From assembly GCF_000372725.1 (NCBI RefSeq), contig NW_005202237.1, positions 248,001-312,000 of the forward strand: a stretch of 64,000 nucleotides of DNA, read 5' to 3'. Below are positions 33,574 to 43,902 of the stretch, piece by piece. Source of the stretch: Emiliania huxleyi CCMP1516 (taxonomy: Eukaryota). Numbering within the stretch: position 1 is the first letter of the stretch; every line of letters begins with the position of its first letter. The notes under the pieces were generated by a model. The model had not been told where the DNA came from and ran no database searches. It was given only the letters and a program-made list of their open reading frames with translations. The translations under genes and the position numbers were made by a program.

Positions 33574-36500
33574 ACCTGCACGAGTAGAATCTTGGCAGCG
33601 AAAATTCTTTTCTTTAGCAGGCCTTGTTCGCGGGCTTTGCGCGCACCAAGGACTCAGAGCTCGCGCCACCCTCCGGACGCCCATATGCGCCAACTCGACG
33701 AGGAGGCTGGCGAAGAGAGCTGCGTTATTATCAAGCAAGACTGCAGCAGCGGCGGATGACGACCGGGCGGTTGTGGTCGCGGCGGGAGTGCTCCGCCTCT
33801 GGTACGCGTGTGCATGGCGATTCCAGGCCCGCTCCGCCTGCCGACCACGTTGCTGCTCTGCTTCGGCAGCGCTTACGCCATCGTCCACGTCTGCTCCTTT
33901 GCGCTGAGTGCGGCGCTCTAGGGTCAGTCGGCAGCCTTGCAGCGCCAAATGATGTGACCACGCCCAATCGCTCTCCTGCGGCGCGTGGTCCTGAGCGCAC
34001 GCGCTGTGCCCGGCGCACTTTTCTCGCTACGCGGTAGAGGTCTTCGGTTTTCGGTCCGTCGCTCTGAAAGAGCCTCGCCCACCTTGACAAGGCGCCGAGG
34101 CCGTTCAGGAATGGGGCATTTTTTTTTTTGAATTTTGTCACTGACAGAAGGACCTTTGGACTGTCCAGTGCATTTCGGTTCCCCCCAAAATCCAGAAACA
34201 TCATACACATATAGCCGCGCGCCGCATATCTAGAGTGCGCCAGCACGACGCGGCGAGGGGAAACGGCGCAGCTCCCTCCGCGCTCTCTCTGGTGCATGTC
34301 TGTGGGACTAACTCTCTCCGAATATGGCTTCCTCTGAACACGCCGCGCCCGACGGGGCCGGCGCGCCCCGGCAGGTCCGTCCCAGAAAATCGCTGCCTCC
34401 CTCCCCTGAGTCCCGCCTTTGGCCGCGGCTCCAAGCTCGGGCTGGGGAGGGAAGGGGGGGGGGGGGGNNNNNNNNNNNNNNNNNNNNNNNNNNNNNNNNN
34501 NNNNNNNNNNNNNNNNNNNNNNNNNNNNNNNNNNNNNNNNNNNNNNNNNNNNNNNNNNNNNNNNNNNNNNNNNNNNNNNNNNNNNNNNNNNNNNNNNNNN
34601 NNNNNNNNNNNNNNNNNNNNNNNNNNNNNNNNNNNNNNNNNNNNNNNNNNNNNNNNNNNNNNNNNNNNNNNNNNNNNNNNNNNNNNNNNNNNNNNNNNNN
34701 NNNNNNNNNNNNNNNNNNNNNNNNNNNNNNNNNNNNNNNNNNNNNNNNNNNNNNNNNNNNNNNNNNNNNNNNNNNNNNNNNNNNNNNNNNNNNNGTACTC
34801 CTTGGGGGGGAGAAAACGAGGGCATAACGGCGGAGAGGCGTGCGGAGGCGGTGCCTCCGCGCCCGACTTGGAGTCGCGCATGTCTGAGAGGTTGACGTTG
34901 ACCGCCGAGGAGGCCGAGGAGCAGTTGCTGCCGCCAGCGGGTTAGGGCGAGGGAGGGGACAGGGCTGAGAGAGGTGGTGTGTGGGACGCGTCGCAAGGCG
35001 GCCTCGCTGCCGCGCGGGGCTGGGCGCGCGCGTGCGACCCGGAGTGCGCCGCTCGCCCCCCCCCTCCCCCCCTCCCCCCTCCTTCCCCCCGCCACACACA
35101 CACACCCGCCCCACCCCTTCCCTGCAGTGTGCGCGGTGCACCTGACCATCACCGACGCACACGAGGCGTGAGAGACGACGGACTGCGCGTGCGAGGCGTG
35201 CGAGGTGGCCGACGACTGGAACGATTTGACCGACGCGTGCCTGCGAGCGCGGGACCTGCACTGAGACGGGCGGGATGCGGCCATTCTGAGGGCCGCGGCG
35301 GCCCGGCGCGCACGAGTCAGTCTCTTCTGACGATGAGGCGTCGTTCAGGTTGCTCTGCCGCGGCGCCTGGTACCTGCGCTTCGTCTTGCGCGCCGGCGGA
35401 AGCTTGACCACAAACTCCTTGCTGCACTCACACCGGACGGTCGTCGGCGTGTCGTCCGGGAGCACCGCAGTGAGCCTCGCGCCACACGCTGGGCAGACGA
35501 ACATGGCTGGGAAGTGGCCACTCGGGAGTGGCCCTCGGACGAGCAGGCCCCGGTCCGGGTCCTCGTTCTCGCGCGAGCACGGCCCGGAGAAGAGCATGCT
35601 GGTTGCAACCAGCCCCCGTCCACAATAGCAGTGCCCGGGCGAGAGAGCGCGACCAACAAAAGCGTGATTTTTTCTTGCTTTGCAGCCAACTCCCTCGCAG
35701 CCGAATCGCTCTCTGCCGCCTCCCTTGCCATTGACTCTTGCCGCCACCTCCTCTCCGCCCGCCTCGCCTCCGTCTTCGCTGCTCTCCTTGCCTCCGCCGT
35801 TCTCCTCGCCGCTTGCCTTGCCTCAGCCTCCGTCGCCCTTCGCGCCTGCTCCCTCGCGTCAGAGAGAGAGAGATTTTTAGCAATGTGTGTGTTTGTTGTC
35901 GCGTCAGTCCTACGCTGTAGAGCTTCGCGTACAAGTCTTGTGGGGATATATATCCGCTGCATTCAGCATAAATGCCTTTGCATAAATGAAGAGGAAGATC
36001 ACTTGAAAAGTCTGCTAACAAACCTAAAACTTGAAAATTTGGCCGAAATTGCGTCGACGAGCGCGCCTCTCTCTTGCCATGCTGCCACTCTGCACTGCGT
36101 CATTGGCCTGGGCGTCGAGCACGCGCGGCGGCATCGGGCACGAGGCGGCGGCGTGGTTCACCACCAACTCTTCGCCACTAAGATTGCTCGGGCATCCTCC
36201 GACAGCGAGCGATGGCGGATCAGCGGTGAGCGCAAGCGCTTCCTGCAAGAGCACTCGGCCATCGTCACGAGACGCAACTTTGCCATCTTCGGCTACAACG
36301 CGCAGGCGCCCCAGTAACAGTTTGAGTAGGGACGGGCGGAGGGAGGCGGGCGCTAAGCACGGACTACTACGTGCCGGAGGTTCGAGGACGACTACTCGCC
36401 GCCTGGGTCGCTCGGGGCGCGCGGCTCCGTCGAGGACCGGGCGCGCCCCCCACCCGGCGCGGCGTGTAGGTCCCACTCTGACGCAAAAAGAGGGGAGGCA

Positions 36501-37223
36501 CGGACGATAGCCCAATCCATCATCCATCAACTACATTCATCTTCTGGTGCTTAGCCCCGTGCAACAGCGGTCCGGCAGGCTGCCCCCAAGGCCCCCCGGG
36601 CCGCTGCGGGTTTGGGAGTTATGCTTAGGCACAGCTTCGGCGATGGCAGCCCCTGCCTCTCTGGGGGTTGCATCACTGGCGCCCTCCCGCCCACAGTACG
36701 GCCACTGCCATCGCGGAGCCGCGAGGCGCGTCCGCTGCTGCCCATTCGCCACCCTTGTCCCGCTCGGTCACCGTCATCCCCGTCACGCTCCGGCTCGCAC
36801 AGCTCTCTGGGGCTGGCTGCGCGCAGCGAGAGCCGCCCTCTCACCCACGGCCGTGTGCGTTTGCCCGCAGGCTCGTCGAGTACCGCGCCGACGGGCCCGA
36901 GCGCCGAGAGGCGCGTCTTTGCGGTTTTTGTGTGTGCCTTCGTGTTTTCTTGTTTTTTACTTGACCGCGCAGCCGGCGCGAGACTCTCCCGCGTCCGGGG
37001 TGTCCACAAGACCTCGCGCCGCCGCCGCCGCCGCCGGGGCGGGGACCTCTCACACTCGCTCTCTCCGGAGAGCGAGAGCGTCTCACTCTCCAGTCTGCGC
37101 CGCAGAGAGAGAGCCGCGGGGCGTTTTTTATGCAAACGTGCACACGGGACGGCCTGCACAGCCTCTAACTATGTTCGGACTGTCGCGAGGACTGGACACC
37201 AGAGAGAGCGACACCCGCCAGGC

Positions 37224-38454
37224 CTACAGACCAAACATGCCTCGCACCGCGTCGGCAGCTGACGAGCCACCCTCAGGCTTGGGCTGGTCTACGCTGCGGT
37301 GCGCGCGAGGGCCTGCGGTCGCCGACTTCTTTGCGGCGAGGCGCCCGATTTTAGCACGATATGCGTCGGGCTTGTAGCGCGCACCGTAGACCAGCAGCAT
37401 CACGGCAGATTTCGGTCGCTTGCTGATGGCGGTGCCCTTCCCTCCTTGATGCTGGCGCAGACGGCCTGGTTGCGAGTTGCGCGCCTCAATGGCCTGGCGC
37501 TCCATCGTATCGAGGACGTCGGCGAGGCTGATGGCCTCGTGCGTGCAGACGGCCATGCCGAGGGGCACAACCTCCTCAACCTCGCTCACGTAGTAGTCCT
37601 GCTCCCGCGGACGGTGCTCAGGCGGGTCGCCCTCGAGGCGGAAAATCCGGCCGAAGGTGGGCTCGGGGGGGATTTTGCCATTCTTCTTGAACCCGTGGAT
37701 CGTGAATGCATGCTTCCCGACGTAGTCGAAGTCGCCGGCCAAGGCGCCGAACGCCCTGCCGGCCATCACCGCGTCCACCATAGCCTGCGCAGCGAGCGGG
37801 GCGGCGGCGGCGCGCGTGAGGGGCGGCGTCAGCGTCGCGGCGCGTCAGCGTCGCGGCGCGAGGGCGGCGCGGGCGCGGCGCGGGCGCGGCTTGGCTGCGC
37901 GGGGGCGCGGCTTGGCTGCGTGGCTGCACCGCGGCGGGCGGGCGCGCAGGCGGCGTGCTCGAGCGGCCGGGCGGGCGGCGTCGCGCCCGCTTCGGGTCAC
38001 TCGTACGGATCGTGTGCAGCTTGAAGTTCTCTTGCCGCATGCGTCCCAACGCCCGGATGCAGTCCGATTTGCGGTTCGGCGCGGCGTCTGAGCGCGTATT
38101 GATCCCCTGTGAGAGCAGGATCTTGCCCTGCTCTGTGTCACGGAAGGTCTGCACCTCGCTTTTCGCCTCTGCGTCCCGCTTCCGCTTGCGCGAGTCCTTG
38201 CTGCGGTCGTAGTCTCTCTTGTCGATCCTGGCAGCCTCGCCCGCCTCCCAGACGGTCAGGCACTCCCCAGGGACATCTGCCGCCTTGAGCCACCGCGCTT
38301 CCTCATCCTCCTCCACGCGGCACAAGTAGTCGCGATGGCCGCCTGTGCGCCGGCGGTCGTCGAACACGTGTACGACGGTCTCGCCCTCCGCAAGCTCCCC
38401 CACTTCAGTGAACGTCGAGGAGTTCGATGCGGCACCCTGGCTCAGAGGTGGCAT
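37224..38454 (-). CDS. Hypothetical 2-exon protein: chromodomain-like N-terminus, possible GIY-YIG-like C-terminus
   Basis: VVHVFDDRRRTGGHRDYLCRVEEDEEARWLKAADV..LTVWE is chromo-like. Putative GC-AG intron 37785-37986. Exon 2 has YVG...MERQAIEARNSQPG....GGKG. Confidence 0.5.
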
Positions 38455-38642
38455 GAGGGCCTGCAGAAGGCGCCTGCCAGAGCGGGCTCGAGGTCACAAA
38501 TTGGACACGAAAAGCGAGCTTCGCGCTTTTTCTTTTTACGTTGCTCGCAGTAGTCCTCATTGCATATTGCATGTGGGTGAACAACGCCATCCCCATGGTA
38601 GAGCACTGCTCTCGGCCGAATTAAACAAAAGAGTCCTCTCTC

Positions 38643-39119
38643 TCACTCGCAATCTGCGGAATCACCCAACACCTCCCAATACGGCGCGTCGTCCGCTCCC
38701 AGCACCTCGGTCTGCATGTCGCCGTCCTCGTACACGACCGTGTGCGCCCCCGTCGCCTCGTCCCAGCCCTGCACCACACCCACATAGAAGCGGTCGTCCC
38801 CCGGCCAGTACACCCTCACCCGCCGCCCCACAAGCGCCTCGCGCTCGGTATCCCCCCGCCGCCGCTCCACAACCGCACCCGCGTGCACCACTCCCTGCCA
38901 CGGCACATTCAGCACACACAATGACCCAGACATCTTTGCACGCACATGCACCATCCCCCCCTCCACCTTGACGACACGTCCCAACTGGCACCGAAACCGA
39001 CCCGACCCGCGATCGGACACGTGGGGATAGTGCTTCACCCACACCCAGTCCCCCGTCGCCACCCGTGGCATCCCCTTCCCCAGTTTGGCGCGCAGCCCCA
39101 GCGCACGCACAAGGTCCAC
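38643..39119 (-). CDS. Tudor-domain ORF (probably part of a mobile element)
   Basis: LVGRRVRVYWPGDDRFYVGVVQGWDEATGAHTVVYEDGD is a Tudor/Agenet-type pattern (38718-38834). Confidence 0.65.
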   Translation of the reverse strand: MDLVRALGLRAKLGKGMPRVATGDWVWVKHYPHVSDRGSGRFRCQLGRVVKVEGGMVHVRAKMSGSLCVLNVPWQGVVHAGAVVERRRGDTEREALVGRRVRVYWPGDDRFYVGVVQGWDEATGAHTVVYEDGDMQTEVLGADDAPYWEVLGDSADCE

Positions 39120-39169
39120 GTTGCGCCGCTCCAGCGACTGTCCCTTGGCCTGCGACCCAAACCAGAGAC

Positions 39170-39762
39170 TCCATGTTTTTTTTCATTCTGTCGACTGTGT
39201 CGTGGTATGTCTCTCCGGGGTGAGACTCTATTTTGTCTTTTGGGATGAGGATGGCTGTGCCTCCCCTTTGGTGCTGGCTGTTGTTCGGCCCGATTGTGTA
39301 GAGGGGGACGGCGAAGAGTTCGAAACCGGAGGTGCTCGCCTTGCGTTTGTAGTCTTCGACTTTTCGGATGCCTGTCTCCTGGAGGAATATGGCGGTGATT
39401 GGCCGTGCTTTGTGCTCGTCTTGTATGGCTAGGAGTATCTGCTCCCATCTGGGTAGCCCTCCGATGCCTCCGAGATTTTTGGTGATAAATCTGCTCGGGC
39501 CCGGGTTGGGCTCGATTCCTTCCTCTGTCAGGTCGCGCTTCCAGGCCTCGGCGAGAGTGTGGGTCGCACGAGGGGTGGTCTGCTCGGCGTGTGGATCGAA
39601 TGTGGCCTTTTTGGCGTCTCTAGATCCGTCCTCGTACTCGGCGGTGGTGGGGAGGGCGATTTGTGAGGTGGCGGGGCGTATGCTGCCTGTCTGCGTGTTC
39701 GCCTGTAAATGCTTGACGGGTGCGGGCCCCACTGTTGCTCGATTCAATCGTGCGCCCCCCTC
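39170..39762 (-). mobile_element. LINE ORF2 N-terminal fragment: 2A-like peptide plus AP-endonuclease start
   Basis: WKRDLTEEGIEPNPGP followed directly by FITKNLGGI...AIFLQETGI...GGTAILI (APE domains I-III). The remainder of the endonuclease and the RT are absent. Confidence 0.8.
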
Positions 39763-39771
39763 TCACTAGGC

Positions 39772-40944
39772 TTACAACAACTTGATGAACCGCATTCGCG
39801 CCTTCTTCCTCAAGCACATCCTCCCCGAGGTGCACAAGTATTTTTTCGACGCGCTCGACTGCATCCGCGACGACCTCTCGCCGCCGTCGACCACGGGCGC
39901 CGCAAGGCCGAGGGGGGTGTCAACGTCGTCCTCGCCCGAGCTCGAGCCCTTGTCTGAGGGGGGGCCGGCCACGCCGTTGTCTGAGGAGGGGCCGGCCACG
40001 AGCTTGTCCACAGGCTGCGGCACTGGCCGCCACTTGTTCTGCATCAGCAACCTCTGGCGCAGGTCGGCGGCGAACTGCGACTCCGCCTCGGGAGCGGCCT
40101 TTCGCGCCACCTCAGCGTCTCGCAGCCGGCGTAGCAGGGCCTCACGCTTCACCGGCTTGACGGTCGCCAGAATGGAGACAGCGAGCTTCGATCGGCCGTC
40201 GGCCCGCGCTCCATGGACGAGACGCGACCCCGGCGCATCTGGGTCGCGCAGAAGCCGCACCATCAGCCGCTGCCGAACGACATCGTCCCATGGCTCGGGC
40301 GCCTCCGAGAGGTCTTGCCACACGCCCGACGTGAAGCCGCTCATCAGGCAGCTCTCGATAATCTGCGCCTCCCCTGGGTTGCGCCACAAGTCGACGCGCT
40401 GACGCGTCAGCAGGTTCACTTTGCGGTGCTTCACCGCCGCCGACACGGACTGAGCACTCTCGAGAGGAGCAAACGACATGACCGTGCAGCCCCAGATGCT
40501 GTGGTTCCAGACAAGAGCCTCGTTGCACGCAGTCGCTGCGGCCTTGGACTCGTGGTACGACCGCGCTCCGGCGGCTGAGCGGTCGCCTCCCACCAGCAGG
40601 CGCAGGTCAACGTGCCCGCCAAGGGCGTTGTCCCACGTCAGCATGACGACGTAGCCCTCGGCCTCCTCCTTGTAGATCGCCGCGGTCGACGCCAGATTTG
40701 GACACGCGGCTCGGAACTCGGGCGACTTGAGCGCTTCGCCCAGCTGCATGCGGACACGGCCGACAAGCTCGGCGCGTTGTGGGTCCCTGAAATAGCACAG
40801 CTTCACCGCAAACCGGTGGGCGGTCTGCATGGCGAACAGGACCTCCCTGAGTGGCACCTGAACGAGATCACCTTGCTGATCGATGTAATCGATCAGGGGT
40901 CCTGTCTCGTCGGCTTCGTACCAGAGATCCGATTCAGACGCCAT
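39772..40944 (-). CDS. Intronless hypothetical protein (~390 aa); candidate ORF1 of the adjacent element, or unrelated
   Basis: ATG-initiated ORF MASESDLWYEADE.. with protein-like composition. No domain recognised. Confidence 0.5.
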   Translation of the reverse strand: MASESDLWYEADETGPLIDYIDQQGDLVQVPLREVLFAMQTAHRFAVKLCYFRDPQRAELVGRVRMQLGEALKSPEFRAACPNLASTAAIYKEEAEGYVVMLTWDNALGGHVDLRLLVGGDRSAAGARSYHESKAAATACNEALVWNHSIWGCTVMSFAPLESAQSVSAAVKHRKVNLLTRQRVDLWRNPGEAQIIESCLMSGFTSGVWQDLSEAPEPWDDVVRQRLMVRLLRDPDAPGSRLVHGARADGRSKLAVSILATVKPVKREALLRRLRDAEVARKAAPEAESQFAADLRQRLLMQNKWRPVPQPVDKLVAGPSSDNGVAGPPSDKGSSSGEDDVDTPLGLAAPVVDGGERSSRMQSSASKKYLCTSGRMCLRKKARMRFIKLL

Positions 40945-41077
40945 TTTGTGCGGAGGGCAAAAAATAAAAAAAAGAAAAAGCAGGGCGCAGCTCAAGGCGT
41001 TGTGAGGGAAAAGGTTTGGGTGTACGAGTAGTTGTAGATCCCTGGCGTGGACGGTTTTTTTCGCGGTATCCGGGGGG

Positions 41078-42334
41078 GACACTGACGCCGTGCTGGTGAC
41101 GATGGTGCCAAACGACCGGGTGCTGAAGCAGGTCGTCTGCGATGAGTCGACCGGTGTGCTGAGCGCCGCTCAGGCCAACAGCCTCGTGCACGTCTCGTGT
41201 TCAACGGTGCACCCGGACACCTCCCGGGAGCTTGCGGCGCTGCACGAAGCAAACGGGCTGAGGTTTGTCGGCGCGCCCATCTTTGCACGAGCCGATGGCG
41301 TCGCACGGCGGCTCGCGTCCTTCTGTGTCGGCGGCAAGGACGGCGCGGTGCAGAGCGCGCTCCCGGTGCTTGAGGCCAACTGCGGCGCGGGCGGCGTCTT
41401 CCGCTTCGGGGAGGACGCGGGCGCGGGGAATGTCGTCAAGCTGGCCGGCAACTTCATGATCGCTTCGGCGATCGAGTCATGTGCTGAGGCGCTCTCCCTG
41501 GCGGAAAAGTCGGGCCTGGAGAGGGAGGCGAGGGGTAGGCGAGAGAAGGGCGAGGGGTGGGCCAGGTGTGGGCGAGGTGCGGGCGTGTGGGCGAGTAGTC
41601 GATGGCAGGTTGGGCCGAGAGAGCGGGAGAGAGCGGGAGAGAGCGGGAGAGAGCGGGAGAGAGCGGGAGAGAGCGGTAGAGAGAGAGGGAGAGGGAGCGG
41701 GAGCGGGAGCGGGAGCGGGAGCGGGAGCGGGAGCGGGAGCGGGAGCGAGGGCGAGGGAGCGAGTGTAGCAGGCGCTGCCGGCGTCGCTCAGCCACTCCTC
41801 CGCGCACCGAGCTTCGCAGGCCGTCATGTCGATGCTACACTCCACTATCTTCGACTGCCTCATCTACCGCGGCTACGGCGACCGCGTCGCGCAGCGCTGC
41901 CACCACCCCGGCACGCCCTGCCCGGCCCCAGCTCGAGCCGCGGACGGTGTCTCCTCACCCCTCTCGCTGCGAGCAGGCGAGCCTCTGGTCGGGCCGGGCT
42001 TCCAGCTCGATCTCGGACTCAAGGACGTCACACTCGCCCTCGACGTGGCGGCAAAGGTGCACCACCGCCACCACAGACGGCCTAGGCCGCGGCTTGCGAG
42101 GACGCCCGCCCGCCCCACGCACGACCGCAGGTGCAGGCGCCGATGCCCGTCGCTTCCCTGCTGCGCGACCGCTTCCTCGGCGCGACCGCGCGGGGCCGCG
42201 GCCACATGGACTGGTCGGCCATCGGGCTCAGTGTGTCTGAGGACGCGGGCGTTGACGTGTCGGAGAGCCTCGCCCTGCCGCCAAAGAAGCGCAAGCTCGC
42301 GGCCGGCGGCGCGGAGACGAGGGAGGTAGCCTAA
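41078..42334 (+). pseudogene. Beta-hydroxyacid dehydrogenase (3-hydroxyisobutyrate/6PGDH NAD-binding family), N-terminus missing
   Basis: VLVTMVPND, HVSCSTVHP, FVGAPIF, GAGNVVKLAGNFM, GFQLDLGLKDV, GHMDWSAI. No upstream GxGxMG exon found. Confidence 0.75.
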
Positions 42335-42619
42335 AACCCCATCTTGCACGTCTTAGGAGGTGGGACGTGGGGCCCCAGATAGTTCCAGGCGTATACGCGG
42401 GAGTCTGCCTCCAACTGTTCCACCGGGGAGGATTTTCTCTGGCCCTGGTGTGAGAAGGTAACAGGCAGGGTACTTTCCGCTGAAACTCGCGCGTCCCAAC
42501 CAGCCGGAGAGATCAGCGGGGCGCATCCTCATCTACAATCATACAGGACCCGGCCTCCGAGCGCCCACCAAGCACACAGCTAGCCGCCGCACCGGAGAAG
42601 TTCAGATTACGCTCTCTAG

Positions 42620-43414
42620 ATGGGATCTATCTCCTCCAAAATGCGCTCGAGCGCGGACACCGTCCGCGGCGAGGCAGAGGGCGCCATCAAGCGGAGCAAG
42701 CTGGCAGACTTGAGAGTGCGCAAGGCGGAGCGTGACGGCGCCATTGCGATGCGCATGGCGGTGCTCCGCGACCAGCTCCACTTCTCGCTCGCCTTTTACG
42801 TCTCCCTAGTCGTCGCGACGGGTCTCCGGTGCATCCATCGCCGCCGGCTGGAGGGGTTGCCGCTGAGCTCGCTGCCCCTGTTTGCGGGCCCATTTATCTT
42901 TGCGTACAACGTCGATGCGGCATATGGGAACAAGGTTGAACGGCTCAACATGGAGGCGCAGACCATCCTGCGCACAGAGGCGCATTGGTTCAACCAGCCG
43001 ATGATTTTGCCTACCTTCCTTGAGCCCGAGTACCGCAAGATGCGAGAGGAGAATAATCGGCGCCTACACTCAGCGGGGATGCCGCCCGAGAGCGACTGGG
43101 CCACGTTCCGATCAGCGATCAGCGACGATGAGGTGTGGCAGTTCGCAGCGCCTCTGAGCAAGCTGATGCACGAAAGCCTCGCCGATGACGTAAACGTGGA
43201 CCCCGAGCGAGGCCTGCTAGGGTTGATGCGCAATCGAATCGTCTCGATCGTGAGGGCAGCTGATGGGCATGCGACCTTTACAGCACGCACCGCGCTCGAC
43301 CCGCCCGACGTGACGTTGCGCACCCACGCAAGCGTCTATGCACCTACGCAATGGGCCGACTCGCTACCTCCCCCGCCTGATCTCGTCCCAGACCATCCGC
43401 GCCGCAAGGTGTAG
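42620..43414 (+). CDS. Plasminogen receptor (KT)-like membrane protein (DUF2368) with C-terminal extension
   Basis: MGSISSK start, AMRMAVLRDQLHF, PFIFAYNVDAAYGNKVERLNMEAQTIL resemble the PLGRKT pattern. Confidence 0.7.
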   Translation: MGSISSKMRSSADTVRGEAEGAIKRSKLADLRVRKAERDGAIAMRMAVLRDQLHFSLAFYVSLVVATGLRCIHRRRLEGLPLSSLPLFAGPFIFAYNVDAAYGNKVERLNMEAQTILRTEAHWFNQPMILPTFLEPEYRKMREENNRRLHSAGMPPESDWATFRSAISDDEVWQFAAPLSKLMHESLADDVNVDPERGLLGLMRNRIVSIVRAADGHATFTARTALDPPDVTLRTHASVYAPTQWADSLPPPPDLVPDHPRRKV

Positions 43415-43902
43415 TGAGACCCAAGGCGAGGGTCTGCCCGCAGGCGCGTTGTATATCTCGAGGCGGTGCCGGCGCCGAACCTGTCCGCTGTCGGACCAAA
43501 GACAGCGTTAGTCCTTGAGCACTTGAGCACTGGATAGGGTCGATTCCGCATGGTACGGGACCCCTCCGATCGTCTCCTGCCGATGTGCCAGTGAACACTC
43601 GTGTCGTGCAGTGCGTCTCTCAAACGCCGCCGTGCTGCCGTAGCCACGAGTCGGAGCAGTTGTCGGCGCGACTCCCACAGAGCATACCGTAGAGGGCCCT
43701 CAAACTGAGCACCGGGTGCGCCTGCACCGCTCGAGCGCACACGCGTGGCGTGAACGCGCGCGGATGTGAGTGTGTGCAGACTATACTCGAGCGCGTCGGA
43801 GAGTGTTTCAGTTTAATCATAGAGAATGATATCGTCACGCACTCGCTAGCGTCCGCCCATGCGTTAGCTCTTTTTCTTTTTTTAGCACATATACATGTGT
43901 GT

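Noticed and set aside
34880..35263. Two-exon Cys-rich mini-ORF with an in-frame TGA (HEA*ETTDCACEAC) as a selenoprotein
   Set aside because: No UxxC/CxxU context and no SECIS identified; more likely a decayed fragment or chance.
35290..35505. Zinc-ribbon-like ORF MFVCPACG..CECS on the minus strand
   Set aside because: Motif is short, no coherent gene model could be built, and it lies next to a gap.
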